IMG/VR virus record: IMGVR_UViG_3300009157_000025
Coordinates: 1-47,354 of that record
DNA from: a virus
Lineage: Duplodnaviria; Caudoviricetes
DNA: 47,354 nucleotides
Strand: one strand, 5' to 3'
The position numbers and the translations under genes are program-made. Shown one piece after another: positions 37,467-46,351 of the stretch (positions within the stretch are counted from its first letter, which is position 1; each line of letters starts with the position of its first letter). Under the pieces are notes generated by a model. That model did no database searches. It saw nothing but the letters and a program-made list of their open reading frames with translations, and was not told where the DNA came from.

Positions 37467-38699
37467 TTAGTCCCTCATGAGGAAGTCAACTGATTTAGTA
37501 CCTTTTGGTATTTGCCGCGCTTTATCCTTATCAGAACTTCCACTCGATCTGGGTGCAGAATTATTTTGATTCTGTCTAGATGACGAAGGTCGTCCTACAG
37601 GTAAAGGTTGGCTCCTCTCATTAGGACTTTTTGTGCCCAGTCCTTTCAGGGCGGTATTACGTGTCTTACGAATAATATCAGGCAGTAAACCTTTGGCCTT
37701 AGACCAGTAGGCCGATCGAATACGGTCTAGCGATTCCTGACTGAAGTCATTTTCAGCAGCCTTTTGCCACAGTTTATCTAAGATACCCTGGAATCGAGTA
37801 TCTTTAGAAATCTGTGATTGAAGCTGCGAAGTGCATTTCTCAATAGCAGTATTCTTAGTAAATTCGTTCATAGATCCCCGTGGATCAATGTTCTTATCGA
37901 TAGCTGATGTAACGATGTTATGGATACGAGTATTGACAGCAGTCGTATGAGTATCTAACTGCTTCTCAAAGAACTGCTTTTCTTTTTCTTCAATAGCCTT
38001 AGTACGTTCATCTTTTTCACCAGAATCCTGAGATAATCTAGTGGCAGGCGTGAACTTGTCTGAATTGAAGATGAACTTGTTAATAAGACCAGCCGCGATC
38101 TTATTATCTTCATCTCCGGAATTAGCCATTGCTAAGATCGTAGACTTAATCACTGTCCCCATGACATGATAATAAGCCTGTGTATCTACATCACGAAGAT
38201 TCTCAAGATACTTATCTACAACAACATCAAAGAGTTTCGGATCTTCTTCTTTAATGTTCTTCAGGATATTAATCGTATTACCCTGGAGTAAATCTTCACT
38301 GAGACTATCTAACTGTGCAGCCTTCTCAACAGCAACTTCTGCATCCTTAATCGTGGGAAGTAATTCAGAATACTTCTGCTCACGATAAACAGCTTTATCG
38401 AGATGAGGAAAATCCTTGAATACGTTGGGATACTTAGCTAATACAGCTTTACGAGGAACAGATAAAGAAACTTCCTCGGTATCAACCTTATCTTCAAGTT
38501 CTTCTTCTAACTCATCTTCTACCTTAACTTCGTCCTTAACTTCTGGTAACTCTTCGTCATCTTCAGATTCATCATCTACTTCAGGTACTTCCAAAGTTTC
38601 TTCACTATTCAGAAAATCTAAAGCATCAACCTTAGTATCTTCTACAGCAATACCCGGAGCATCATCAGTTGCGTATAATAACTTAATCTGTGGAAACAT
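37467..38699 (-). CDS. capsid scaffolding protein
   Basis: Acidic N-terminus, coiled coil, basic/Pro C-terminal tail; between portal and capsid. Confidence 0.75.
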   Translation of the reverse strand: MFPQIKLLYATDDAPGIAVEDTKVDALDFLNSEETLEVPEVDDESEDDEELPEVKDEVKVEDELEEELEDKVDTEEVSLSVPRKAVLAKYPNVFKDFPHLDKAVYREQKYSELLPTIKDAEVAVEKAAQLDSLSEDLLQGNTINILKNIKEEDPKLFDVVVDKYLENLRDVDTQAYYHVMGTVIKSTILAMANSGDEDNKIAAGLINKFIFNSDKFTPATRLSQDSGEKDERTKAIEEKEKQFFEKQLDTHTTAVNTRIHNIVTSAIDKNIDPRGSMNEFTKNTAIEKCTSQLQSQISKDTRFQGILDKLWQKAAENDFSQESLDRIRSAYWSKAKGLLPDIIRKTRNTALKGLGTKSPNERSQPLPVGRPSSSRQNQNNSAPRSSGSSDKDKARQIPKGTKSVDFLMRD

Positions 38700-40980
38700 T
38701 ATCTTTCTCCGCTAATGGTGTCGCATCACCTTTGGGTGCCGGCTGACTACCCTTATTGCCTTCTTGAGTCGGCTGCGAAATGGGAGCAATTAACATCATA
38801 TGCGCTTGCATATGTAAAAGAATATTCTGGTATCCGTCTGGATTCTCTAATCGTAATTGTCTACCACCTTCGCTTACTAAAAATCTGCGACATACCGCAG
38901 CGTGAACTTCATGATCATCAATTAACGGTTCAACAGGAACAGAAGATTCCATCTGCATTTCATCTCCCATACCTTCTTCCATCATAGCAGAAGGTACAGG
39001 AGCACCAATGCAAAGTTCTTTAATCTCGTCTAACTGTTTCTCTCTATCGTCTTCGCCTGGAATATGGAAATTAGTAATACCAATAGCATCTTGAAGATTT
39101 TTAATATTATTAGGGTCATTAATAATACGAGCAACTTCAGGATTGGGATTTTGGAGTAACTCCATAACCGTATCCTTTTGCTGACTCCAAGTAAGTGGGA
39201 TATTCTCATTAGCTTCTAATTCAATACGGCCAATCTTACCTTCAGTTTCAGCTTTACGAATATAAGCATTGAAGAATGAACCTGCTTCGTTCTGTTGAAC
39301 GTCACGTTCATCTTCTTGCATTTCCTTGATATACATTGGAATAACTTTACTGTAGATATCTTTCCACCACGAAGTAAAGATTTTCCAAGTATTCTGCTGT
39401 CTCTGCATGGCCTGGGCACGAGACATAGAATATTCAGATGCAGTACCACCACCGCTAGTAAGATTACCACCAAATAAACTAGGTAGAGCACCAGAGGTTA
39501 ACTGGCCTAATTCCTGTACTTTCTGGAAGAATGGCAGAACCTCTGGACTTAAGTTAGCAGTCTTAAGTTCATAGAAGGATTCCTGAAGTGATTTACCCGG
39601 TGCAGCATTTACAGGATAAATAGATCCAGGTGCTACTTCTGTCTCGCCATACTTCTTAAAGTTGAGAACTTTAGGATCAGCAAAAGTCTGTCCAATACCA
39701 TGTTCAATCGTCTGAAGGACAAGGGAAATGATATCGTTAGTAATATCCTGAATGCTAACAAGCTGAGAACCAGCAGGATCAAAATGAATATAATCGGAGA
39801 GGGGATTGTAAGTAAGAGTCCAACAATCATCCAGCGACTCATTGCAAGCCTCTGCAAAATCCTGATTGATTAAGACTACTTTCGCACCATTAGGAAACTT
39901 CTTCTTAAGTTCCGCTACCTTCTCTTCATTATTTAATACGTTAAATGCAGAAGGACGGAGCCAACAGTTTCTAACAGTAACAGTCTGAGTAGGATACTCC
40001 CCGTGGTATTGTGGATTGAGTCTTGCCCATTGAGCATATTGATCGGGACCACTTACGCCACTTTGAGGAGTAATTTTAGTAGAGCCACTCTTATTTCTAA
40101 GTTCAGGATACGTTTGAATTGCATTAGAGTAATGCGTTTCATACGACTGAATTAGATAAGGGGCATCTGCCTGTTTACGAGCGTAGTTGGGAACTTTAAC
40201 TACAAGTCCACCGTAAATCTCTAAACAGATTCTTGATTTGGGAAACTGGGTAGTACCAACGATACGAGTAACTACGAGTTTAGATTTCTGTAAATCGGGA
40301 TCAATAGCGGACGCGCAATTAGGACAAATAACTCCACTCTGAGTGGACTGTTGTAATAAAGCATCGTCATCGTCCGGCTGAAATTCATTAGTGATTTGTT
40401 CATTAAACAAATCGTCAGGGAGTTCTGTCTGGCAAAACTGACAAACAAATCCTTCTTCTGTAGTCTCTTCAACCTTATCAGATTCATAAGTTCCAAAGGC
40501 CGTATCAGCCTTAGGATAACTATAACACGCTGTCATACCTTCCGTAACGAACACGAATAAAGCATGAAGCCATAGAAGAGAAACGTTATTATGTTTATAG
40601 ATTAACTGTGCAATCTGATCTCCCGCCTTAGCGGTCATGCAATCAAGAGTGTTGTCAGCATCATCAGGAAAACACTTAATAGCAGGAACACTAATACTGA
40701 GAGCAGCAATAATACTTTCCAGATACGCACGGAATATATTGACAGGCTTATCGTAGAACTCTTGATTAAGATTTGAATCAGCTGATGTACTTTCGTCCCA
40801 AACACGCCAGTCATGTGCAACTTCACTATACCAAATACGAGTAAAGCCTTCCCAAAGATATTTATACCTACGCCACTGTCTTACCTGCCGTTCACGTACA
40901 GCGGTATCCTCATTGTCAAATTCAGTGACAACAGTTTGTAGGGCGATTTTAAGTTCTTCGGAAAGAACAATCTTACTCAT
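38683..40980 (-). CDS. portal protein with Zn-ribbon insertion
   Basis: 765 aa after terminase; P22-like features (IQD..ND; TSG....G; TASE); CQFC...CPNC. Confidence 0.85.
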   Translation of the reverse strand: MSKIVLSEELKIALQTVVTEFDNEDTAVRERQVRQWRRYKYLWEGFTRIWYSEVAHDWRVWDESTSADSNLNQEFYDKPVNIFRAYLESIIAALSISVPAIKCFPDDADNTLDCMTAKAGDQIAQLIYKHNNVSLLWLHALFVFVTEGMTACYSYPKADTAFGTYESDKVEETTEEGFVCQFCQTELPDDLFNEQITNEFQPDDDDALLQQSTQSGVICPNCASAIDPDLQKSKLVVTRIVGTTQFPKSRICLEIYGGLVVKVPNYARKQADAPYLIQSYETHYSNAIQTYPELRNKSGSTKITPQSGVSGPDQYAQWARLNPQYHGEYPTQTVTVRNCWLRPSAFNVLNNEEKVAELKKKFPNGAKVVLINQDFAEACNESLDDCWTLTYNPLSDYIHFDPAGSQLVSIQDITNDIISLVLQTIEHGIGQTFADPKVLNFKKYGETEVAPGSIYPVNAAPGKSLQESFYELKTANLSPEVLPFFQKVQELGQLTSGALPSLFGGNLTSGGGTASEYSMSRAQAMQRQQNTWKIFTSWWKDIYSKVIPMYIKEMQEDERDVQQNEAGSFFNAYIRKAETEGKIGRIELEANENIPLTWSQQKDTVMELLQNPNPEVARIINDPNNIKNLQDAIGITNFHIPGEDDREKQLDEIKELCIGAPVPSAMMEEGMGDEMQMESSVPVEPLIDDHEVHAAVCRRFLVSEGGRQLRLENPDGYQNILLHMQAHMMLIAPISQPTQEGNKGSQPAPKGDATPLAEKDNVSTD

Positions 40981-41145
40981 TTACACTTCGTCTGAAGCCT
41001 GTCCAGTTTCAGCCTTTTTGAATAAGTTGAACTTACCCTTAGACTTTGCACCCTTCTTCTTGCTGAACAAATGCTTCTTAGGCTTACCCTTTGCCATACT
41101 GCTGATGTGTTCCGTCATTGACTTCGATGGATTCGCTTTGAACAT
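40981..41145 (-). CDS. 54-aa Lys-rich protein
   Basis: Translated by hand: MFKANPSKSM...KGKPKKHLFSKKKGAKSKGK...; AGGAG SD; TAA abuts the portal ATG. Confidence 0.65.
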   Translation of the reverse strand: MFKANPSKSMTEHISSMAKGKPKKHLFSKKKGAKSKGKFNLFKKAETGQASDEV

Positions 41146-41518
41146 CTGCATCTCCTACTTGTAAAACTACGTTTTCAATAATACCCGTTTTACGTTCAAG
41201 CTCTAAGATCGCTTCGTCTTGTTCTTTCTTAGTCTGCTTCAGAATTCTTGCTTTCTCACGATCTTCTGCTTCTAACATCTGCCTGCGTACATTCCATGGA
41301 ACTACCTTTGGTTGAATTACCTCTGGTTCTTCTTCTACTTTATTAAGTGCATTAGTAGCAGAAGGATCATCCAGGATGTAATTAAGGAGACGGTCGCGTT
41401 CGTATCGTAATGAAGTAACTTCAGTTCTTAACTGTTCAACTAATGGATCTATTTCATCTGCACAATGGGGGCAGTGTGGATTTCTAATATCATGAAAGAA
41501 TTTAACAATAAAATTCAT
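41084..41518 (-). CDS. coiled-coil protein with CxxC
   Basis: ORF track; ATGA overlap with terL stop. Confidence 0.65.
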   Translation of the reverse strand: MNFIVKFFHDIRNPHCPHCADEIDPLVEQLRTEVTSLRYERDRLLNYILDDPSATNALNKVEEEPEVIQPKVVPWNVRRQMLEAEDREKARILKQTKKEQDEAILELERKTGIIENVVLQVGDADVQSESIEVNDGTHQQYGKG

Positions 41519-43167
41519 CTAGAACCCCACCTAGAACGATAACGTTTAATACTAACTGGTCCAGGATTATCATCGCCTTCACCTGCGTCCAGTTGTTTCA
41601 TATTGCGATAGAATGCTGTGTAGTCTTGAGTATTCTCTAACCTGTATTGTATAATCTCTCGCTTCTTAGCTTCTACAAATTCTTCCTGAGCGAGATCAAA
41701 ATAACTATCAGCTAAGTCTACAAGATATCTACAGCCATCATAAGGATCGTCACCGTCGTATTCGGCAACATCCTCAATCTTTTTCTTATCGTAACTGGCC
41801 GCTTTAATCGAATCAATAACCGCGGGACAACAATCGAATATCTGTAGCTTCGGAATATTATCTTCTTCGGTCTGTGGATCAAAACTACGAAGATAATTCT
41901 TGTATTCGACAATTCCCTTATTACGTAATAACCACTGTGAATACTGTTCGTTAAATGGTAAAACTTCGTCCTGTGGAATAATCGGCTTCTGCTTCCACCT
42001 TAAATATTCATGAAGGAGAATCTTACCAGCTAATCTTGTACCAGGCGCGTTATTACTTAACCCAACTTCTCTACCTAATGCCGTAGAGATTTGCTGTTGT
42101 ATAGTATGTTCCTGTCCTCTGTCCTGCCCGACAGATTTACAGAAACGAATTAATTTAGGGTCTTCCTTATCAACGAACTGTTTAACGTAGGGTGCCCATT
42201 CTTCAATCTTAACGAGCTTCCAAACCAGTTCTCTGTAGATGTATACCCTACGCTTAGGACTAATAGCAGCAAATCCTACCCAGGTTTGTGCTTTAAATCC
42301 CCAGTCTCCAACTACAATCCTAGGCCACCACGAAGGAATATCAAACGGTGGAATTACGTGAAGTGCATTCTCAGGTTCATCGGGATAATGTTTATCACGG
42401 AACTCATCGAATACCTGTCCAGAGTACGCATTCCAATCGCCATATAACTTAGCCCGCTTCTCAGCTTCGGGTAATGCCATTAACGATTGCATATACCCAG
42501 GATCTAAGTGAGGATTATCGGCCGCGGTTGCGTGTATATAAATACGTTTATTACCGCCGCGACCGATTATAATCTTTCCATCATTAGGAGGTGGAGCAGG
42601 ATCTACTAATCGTTTCCTAACCCAAGTATGTCCAATGCCCCCTGGCATACCTGCTGTACGAATAATCGCAGGAAGATTAGCATTGCTAGTACGAGTACGA
42701 GTGAAGCCAATATATAAATAAATAAATTCGGTGAATGAGGTAAGCTCATCAGGGGAGTAGAGATTGATTTCCATTGAATCATATTTATGGACATCGTTCT
42801 CATCCTCACACTGAGCTAAGAAGATTCTAGCACCGTCATTCGTTCCTCTTTCACGAGCACCAAATTGATCCTCTCTAGGAAATGTCCAACACATATCGGA
42901 CTTATTGAGAGTAGCGCCAAACTTAGGATATAACTGCTGCGAACGAGGAATGATCTCATTTCGTAATTCAGGAAATGTTCGACGCATGAATACCTGTTTA
43001 AAGTCCGGGTATTTATGCCATCCATGAATAAGTCCATAAACTAATAATACGTCTGTCTTGGCTGAACCTGCTCCCCCACCGTATGCGGCTTCCTTTACAG
43101 TTGTAGGTACTGCTAAGAACTTTGCCTGCTTAGGTGTCGGTCGCCATTCACCTTTATTAAAGGACAT
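41515..43167 (-). CDS. terL: terminase large subunit
   Basis: PTPKQ, YGGGAGSAKT, RRTFPEL, PDEL, MPGGIGH.W, DNPHL, GDWG, DDPYD. Confidence 0.95.
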   Translation of the reverse strand: MSFNKGEWRPTPKQAKFLAVPTTVKEAAYGGGAGSAKTDVLLVYGLIHGWHKYPDFKQVFMRRTFPELRNEIIPRSQQLYPKFGATLNKSDMCWTFPREDQFGARERGTNDGARIFLAQCEDENDVHKYDSMEINLYSPDELTSFTEFIYLYIGFTRTRTSNANLPAIIRTAGMPGGIGHTWVRKRLVDPAPPPNDGKIIIGRGGNKRIYIHATAADNPHLDPGYMQSLMALPEAEKRAKLYGDWNAYSGQVFDEFRDKHYPDEPENALHVIPPFDIPSWWPRIVVGDWGFKAQTWVGFAAISPKRRVYIYRELVWKLVKIEEWAPYVKQFVDKEDPKLIRFCKSVGQDRGQEHTIQQQISTALGREVGLSNNAPGTRLAGKILLHEYLRWKQKPIIPQDEVLPFNEQYSQWLLRNKGIVEYKNYLRSFDPQTEEDNIPKLQIFDCCPAVIDSIKAASYDKKKIEDVAEYDGDDPYDGCRYLVDLADSYFDLAQEEFVEAKKREIIQYRLENTQDYTAFYRNMKQLDAGEGDDNPGPVSIKRYRSRWGSR

Positions 43168-43455
43168 CTAGTGTGTATCTTTACGTTGATCAAACTTTCT
43201 ATCAATCAAGGTAACGATATCTTCCTTGCGTACCATATTACGTTCTTGAGTTTCGATGAGACTAATTAACTTAGTATTGGATGAGGTGTTATCTTTAATA
43301 ACTGCCATCATCTGATCTGAAGTTGTTTTCCACAGTTCAGTATACTGCTTAACATCCTTACGGTAAAACATGAACATGAATCCCGCTAGGACTCCACCCA
43401 CTCCTAATGTAGTAAACCATTTCACAAATTCAGCATCCATAACAAATGGGTGCAT
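43168..43455 (-). CDS. holin-like protein (one TM plus coiled coil)
   Basis: LGVGGVLAGFMFMFY followed by charged coiled coil, BhlA/UviB-like layout. Confidence 0.6.
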   Translation of the reverse strand: MHPFVMDAEFVKWFTTLGVGGVLAGFMFMFYRKDVKQYTELWKTTSDQMMAVIKDNTSSNTKLISLIETQERNMVRKEDIVTLIDRKFDQRKDTH

Positions 43456-43685
43456 TACTGATTACTGAGCACGACTACTGCCGCACCCCCAGGGCATCTA
43501 AGAAATAACCCCCCGCCTAATACAAATCCAGTAGTAGATGCAGCTACAGCAACAAATGAGGCTCCTACTGTAGTAGCCACTTCTAATGCTGCATTACCTA
43601 CACACCACTTAGCTAGTCCAGGTGTAGCGTATACCTGATTCTGTACTAGAACGTTATTCCCACTGACAAGCGCGGTTGTCGCCAT
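43455..43685 (-). CDS. small hypothetical (virion?) protein
   Basis: ORF track; GGAG SD. Confidence 0.6.
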   Translation of the reverse strand: MATTALVSGNNVLVQNQVYATPGLAKWCVGNAALEVATTVGASFVAVAASTTGFVLGGGLFLRCPGGAAVVVLSNQ

Positions 43686-43703
43686 GTTAACTCCAACCCT
43701 GAA

Positions 43704-44279
43704 TTATTCTAGGGCTTCAACTGTTTCAAAGGAGGATTCTTTAGCGAAACCAGGATTGTACATTACAATCGAAGGTCCATTAATATTAACACCTGTATCT
43801 TTACGTTCAGACGCAGGTTCCATATCCTTAATGATACCACTCATAGTCTTAGCTACTAACGCCAGGTCTGTTAACTTGGCATCCATGAGTTTATCTTCCG
43901 TAATATTCTCAAACGTCTTATTGAGAATCTTAGTAGCCTTCTTAGTAATCCTATCCTTGGATTGTCTAAGAGCGGAAGCTAATTCTTTATTGGGCTTGTC
44001 GTAGGTGCTTGTGGAAGTAGCACCATTAGAATATGCAGAAACTGAGGATGGACTTACATCGAACATCTTAGCGAATTGCGTAGCACTACGGCGACCGTTT
44101 TGTACTTTATCATCCGCTATCAATGCACGTAATGAGTCAGGTACATTATTGTCACCTTCACTACGGCCAGGTCTAGGAATATCTATAACCTGTGCGGGTT
44201 TTAATTCAGGTACAGGGGATCGTTCTAAACGCTCTACCTCTGTATTAAATTCTTCATCTGATACAATTCCAATAGGCAT
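43704..44279 (-). CDS. probable terminase small subunit (HTH)
   Basis: ATQFAKMFDVSPSSVSAY HTH; first gene of the late operon. Confidence 0.6.
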   Translation of the reverse strand: MPIGIVSDEEFNTEVERLERSPVPELKPAQVIDIPRPGRSEGDNNVPDSLRALIADDKVQNGRRSATQFAKMFDVSPSSVSAYSNGATSTSTYDKPNKELASALRQSKDRITKKATKILNKTFENITEDKLMDAKLTDLALVAKTMSGIIKDMEPASERKDTGVNINGPSIVMYNPGFAKESSFETVEALE

Positions 44280-44300
44280 ATATACACCAAAGACTTGTAA

Positions 44301-44329
44301 AGCTTATCATACTTACTTCGGGGTGTCAA
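44301..44329 (-). promoter_or_regulatory. sigma70-type promoter for the morphogenesis operon
   Basis: Minus strand TTGACA-17 nt-(TGA)TAAGCT. Confidence 0.75.
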
Positions 44330-44387
44330 CTGTCCCCTTTTTGACACTCCCCGTTAAGTCCTTCGGAATGAATGACTTGGGGAACCG

Positions 44388-44416
44388 TTGACAAACGGAT
44401 CAGTGTGTGTTACAAT
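44388..44416 (+). promoter_or_regulatory. sigma70-type promoter, divergent from the late promoter
   Basis: TTGACA-17 nt-(TGT)TACAAT. Confidence 0.85.
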
Positions 44417-44452
44417 CCGTTGACACCGTTCTCAATATAAGGAGTAGTATGT

Positions 44453-44611
44453 ATGAGTAAGTGGCAGATGATTAAATGTTTCTTCGGATTCCACACACCT
44501 GAAGTAGTTGGATATCCCTGTACTACAAATACAGAAGGGTGGTTAAGATATGTTGAATGTGAATATTGTGGTGTCTATTTAAGGGAGCATACAGAAGATG
44601 AACATAAGTGA
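44453..44611 (+). CDS. 52-aa Cys/His protein
   Basis: Translated by hand: KCFFGFH...CEYCG; AAGGAG SD. Confidence 0.6.
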   Translation: MSKWQMIKCFFGFHTPEVVGYPCTTNTEGWLRYVECEYCGVYLREHTEDEHK

Positions 44612-44930
44612 TATCATTTATGAATGCCAGGTTAAACCTAACACTTATGGATTAATCACCAGGAGAACATGGAAGGAATTAAAAACTGTATTTGATACAC
44701 ATGTTAAACTGTCAGGCGCGTCTAGGATTAGTAAGGTAGAATCAGTCTATCACTATGCCAATGGAAGTAAGATATACTTCAGTACAATACATTGCCTTAG
44801 GAATATAGAGAGACATCTGGGAATGTATTATGACTTTATGGATATAGATTATATTATGCCTAAACATGGAATGGAACTGCTAAAGAGGATTAGACCAGAT
44901 GACATCCGCAAAATACTCAAGGATCTGTAA
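44598..44930 (+). CDS. stand-alone fragment resembling a terminase ATPase subdomain
   Basis: LITRRTWKEL...Y.NGSKIYF...G..YDF..ID; no Walker A; GGGAG SD. Confidence 0.65.
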   Translation: MNISDIIYECQVKPNTYGLITRRTWKELKTVFDTHVKLSGASRISKVESVYHYANGSKIYFSTIHCLRNIERHLGMYYDFMDIDYIMPKHGMELLKRIRPDDIRKILKDL

Positions 44931-45042
44931 GGAATGTGGAACTTCAATCAGCACCAATCGCAAAAACCAACGTTTTTGCACGGAGAAGTGTAGGAATAAA
45001 CATTGGGTAAAGGAGAATCCGAGGATTAAACGTGAAGTATAA
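44899..45042 (+). CDS. 47-aa zinc-finger protein
   Basis: Translated by hand: CKECG...FCTEKCR; GAGGA SD. Confidence 0.6.
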   Translation: MTSAKYSRICKECGTSISTNRKNQRFCTEKCRNKHWVKENPRIKREV

Positions 45043-45259
45043 GTATGGTATATGTAAGGAGTGTAAAACAAAGAGACGAATCTTTTATTTAGGATCTAGA
45101 GGGGACTATCGTAAATATAGATGTTCAAAGGGTCATACCTGGGAAGTGGAGATATTAGGAACTGAAAAGATAGCAGGAATAATGCAGGAGGTTATGCTCA
45201 AACATATAAAGAACATATTTGAAAGGGATGATACTTTCTATAAAAATCTAAAAAAGTAA
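45032..45259 (+). CDS. zinc-ribbon protein ending in a copy of the capsid N-terminal motif
   Basis: CKEC...CSKGH; C-terminus FERDDTFYKNLKK; GAGGA SD. Confidence 0.7.
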   Translation: MKYKYGICKECKTKRRIFYLGSRGDYRKYRCSKGHTWEVEILGTEKIAGIMQEVMLKHIKNIFERDDTFYKNLKK

Positions 45260-45495
45260 CTAAGTATGGGACCATAATATGGGACCCAATTCTAAATATT
45301 TTAGAGAGGCACACGATTGATGCCACCCCCAGCGAACCTTTTTTAAGCATGCTTCATTTTAGGGGGTATACCCTACCCACTACCTAGTAAAACTAACAGG
45401 TCAAAAACTAGTAGTTTTGACAGCTATACAAGCGTAGGATACTCCTGTATGATGTATCCATAAGTTAGTTAACACGTTATTAGTGAGGTGCCGAT

Positions 45496-45609
45496 ATGAA
45501 GCTTAGCAAGACTGTTAGCACGTTCGAGATGATGCTGATGTATATCAGTGAAGGGTATCCCGAAATGGCGCGTATCTACACTATCAAATTGGTGCGCTCA
45601 TGCCGGTAA
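45496..45609 (+). CDS. 37-aa hypothetical protein
   Basis: Translated by hand; GAGGTG SD. Confidence 0.5.
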   Translation: MKLSKTVSTFEMMLMYISEGYPEMARIYTIKLVRSCR

Positions 45610-45815
45610 AAAAGCTGTATAGCCTGTATCAGCGTAGACACGGCGAAACGCGATGGACCCGTATCAGTGCATCATCCTATCATAAGGATATTGCTATCAG
45701 GGTATTTCAATCGCGCCTGATAGATGCTGCGCTCGGCGGGTATCGTGATAGTTGCGATAACCTTTTGGAACTGCGCCTGCGCCCGATTAAACTGGAGTTG
45801 CCTGAAGCGAAGTAA
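45600..45815 (+). CDS. hypothetical protein
   Basis: ORF track. Confidence 0.6.
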   Translation: MPVKKLYSLYQRRHGETRWTRISASSYHKDIAIRVFQSRLIDAALGGYRDSCDNLLELRLRPIKLELPEAK

Positions 45816-45827
45816 CGAAATTGGTTG

Positions 45828-45873
45828 TTGACATCTGCCCCCGACTATGATACACTTCTTAAGTCGGGGGCAG
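45828..45873 (+). promoter_or_regulatory. sigma70-type promoter whose -10 lies in the loop of a perfect 12-bp inverted repeat
   Basis: TTGACA 45828-45833, 17 nt, TACACT 45851-45856; CTGCCCCCGACT/AGTCGGGGGCAG. Confidence 0.75.
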
Positions 45874-45955
45874 TTGAGAGTGACCGACAAACGAGCGAGA
45901 ATGACCTGTTTCGGGGACATCGGAAACGACGGTAATTTACTAATTAGGAGAGTGT

Positions 45956-46312
45956 ATGAAGACTGAAAAGTTTAGCGGCAAGATGGAGTCGGCGTATGGT
46001 AAGGTTCTGCCTACTCCTATCCCTTTCTCCGGCTCGTTTGAAGCTTTGGAGAATATCGACGAAGTTAAGACGGCAAACGAAGTGCCAGACGATAAAGAAG
46101 TTGTGGCATGGGCCAATGGCAAGCGGAAGGCTAGCGAGCGCCAGAAGGCTATGAATGCTGCGCTGGAAGCTGCCGGAATCTCTAAGCCTACGCTGGAAGA
46201 TCCTCAGGTTCAGTTGCTTCAGATTATCAAGGCGCTCCGTGCATCGGGACGCTCTGAAGAGGATGCTATTGCGCTGGCGGAGACTACGCTCGGCGTTAAG
46301 TATCAGTCCTAG
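45956..46312 (+). CDS. hypothetical protein, probably highly expressed
   Basis: AGGAG SD; own promoter and downstream hairpins; GC-richer codons. Confidence 0.75.
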   Translation: MKTEKFSGKMESAYGKVLPTPIPFSGSFEALENIDEVKTANEVPDDKEVVAWANGKRKASERQKAMNAALEAAGISKPTLEDPQVQLLQIIKALRASGRSEEDAIALAETTLGVKYQS

Positions 46313-46351
46313 ATAATCCTCGTTAGCCTAAGTAGCTAACTGGATTAGGAT

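Noticed and set aside
18774-44391. Plus-strand ORFs within the structural operon (e.g. 25985, 36381, 38416, 44005) and minus-strand ORFs within the replication arm
   Set aside because: They are antisense shadows of well-supported genes, with no SD or motifs.
45400-45453. Promoter at TTGACA 45417 within the palindrome GTCAAAAACTAGTAGTTTTGAC
   Set aside because: No -10 hexamer at 16-18 nt spacing; the palindrome may be a binding site or terminator but is otherwise unsupported.
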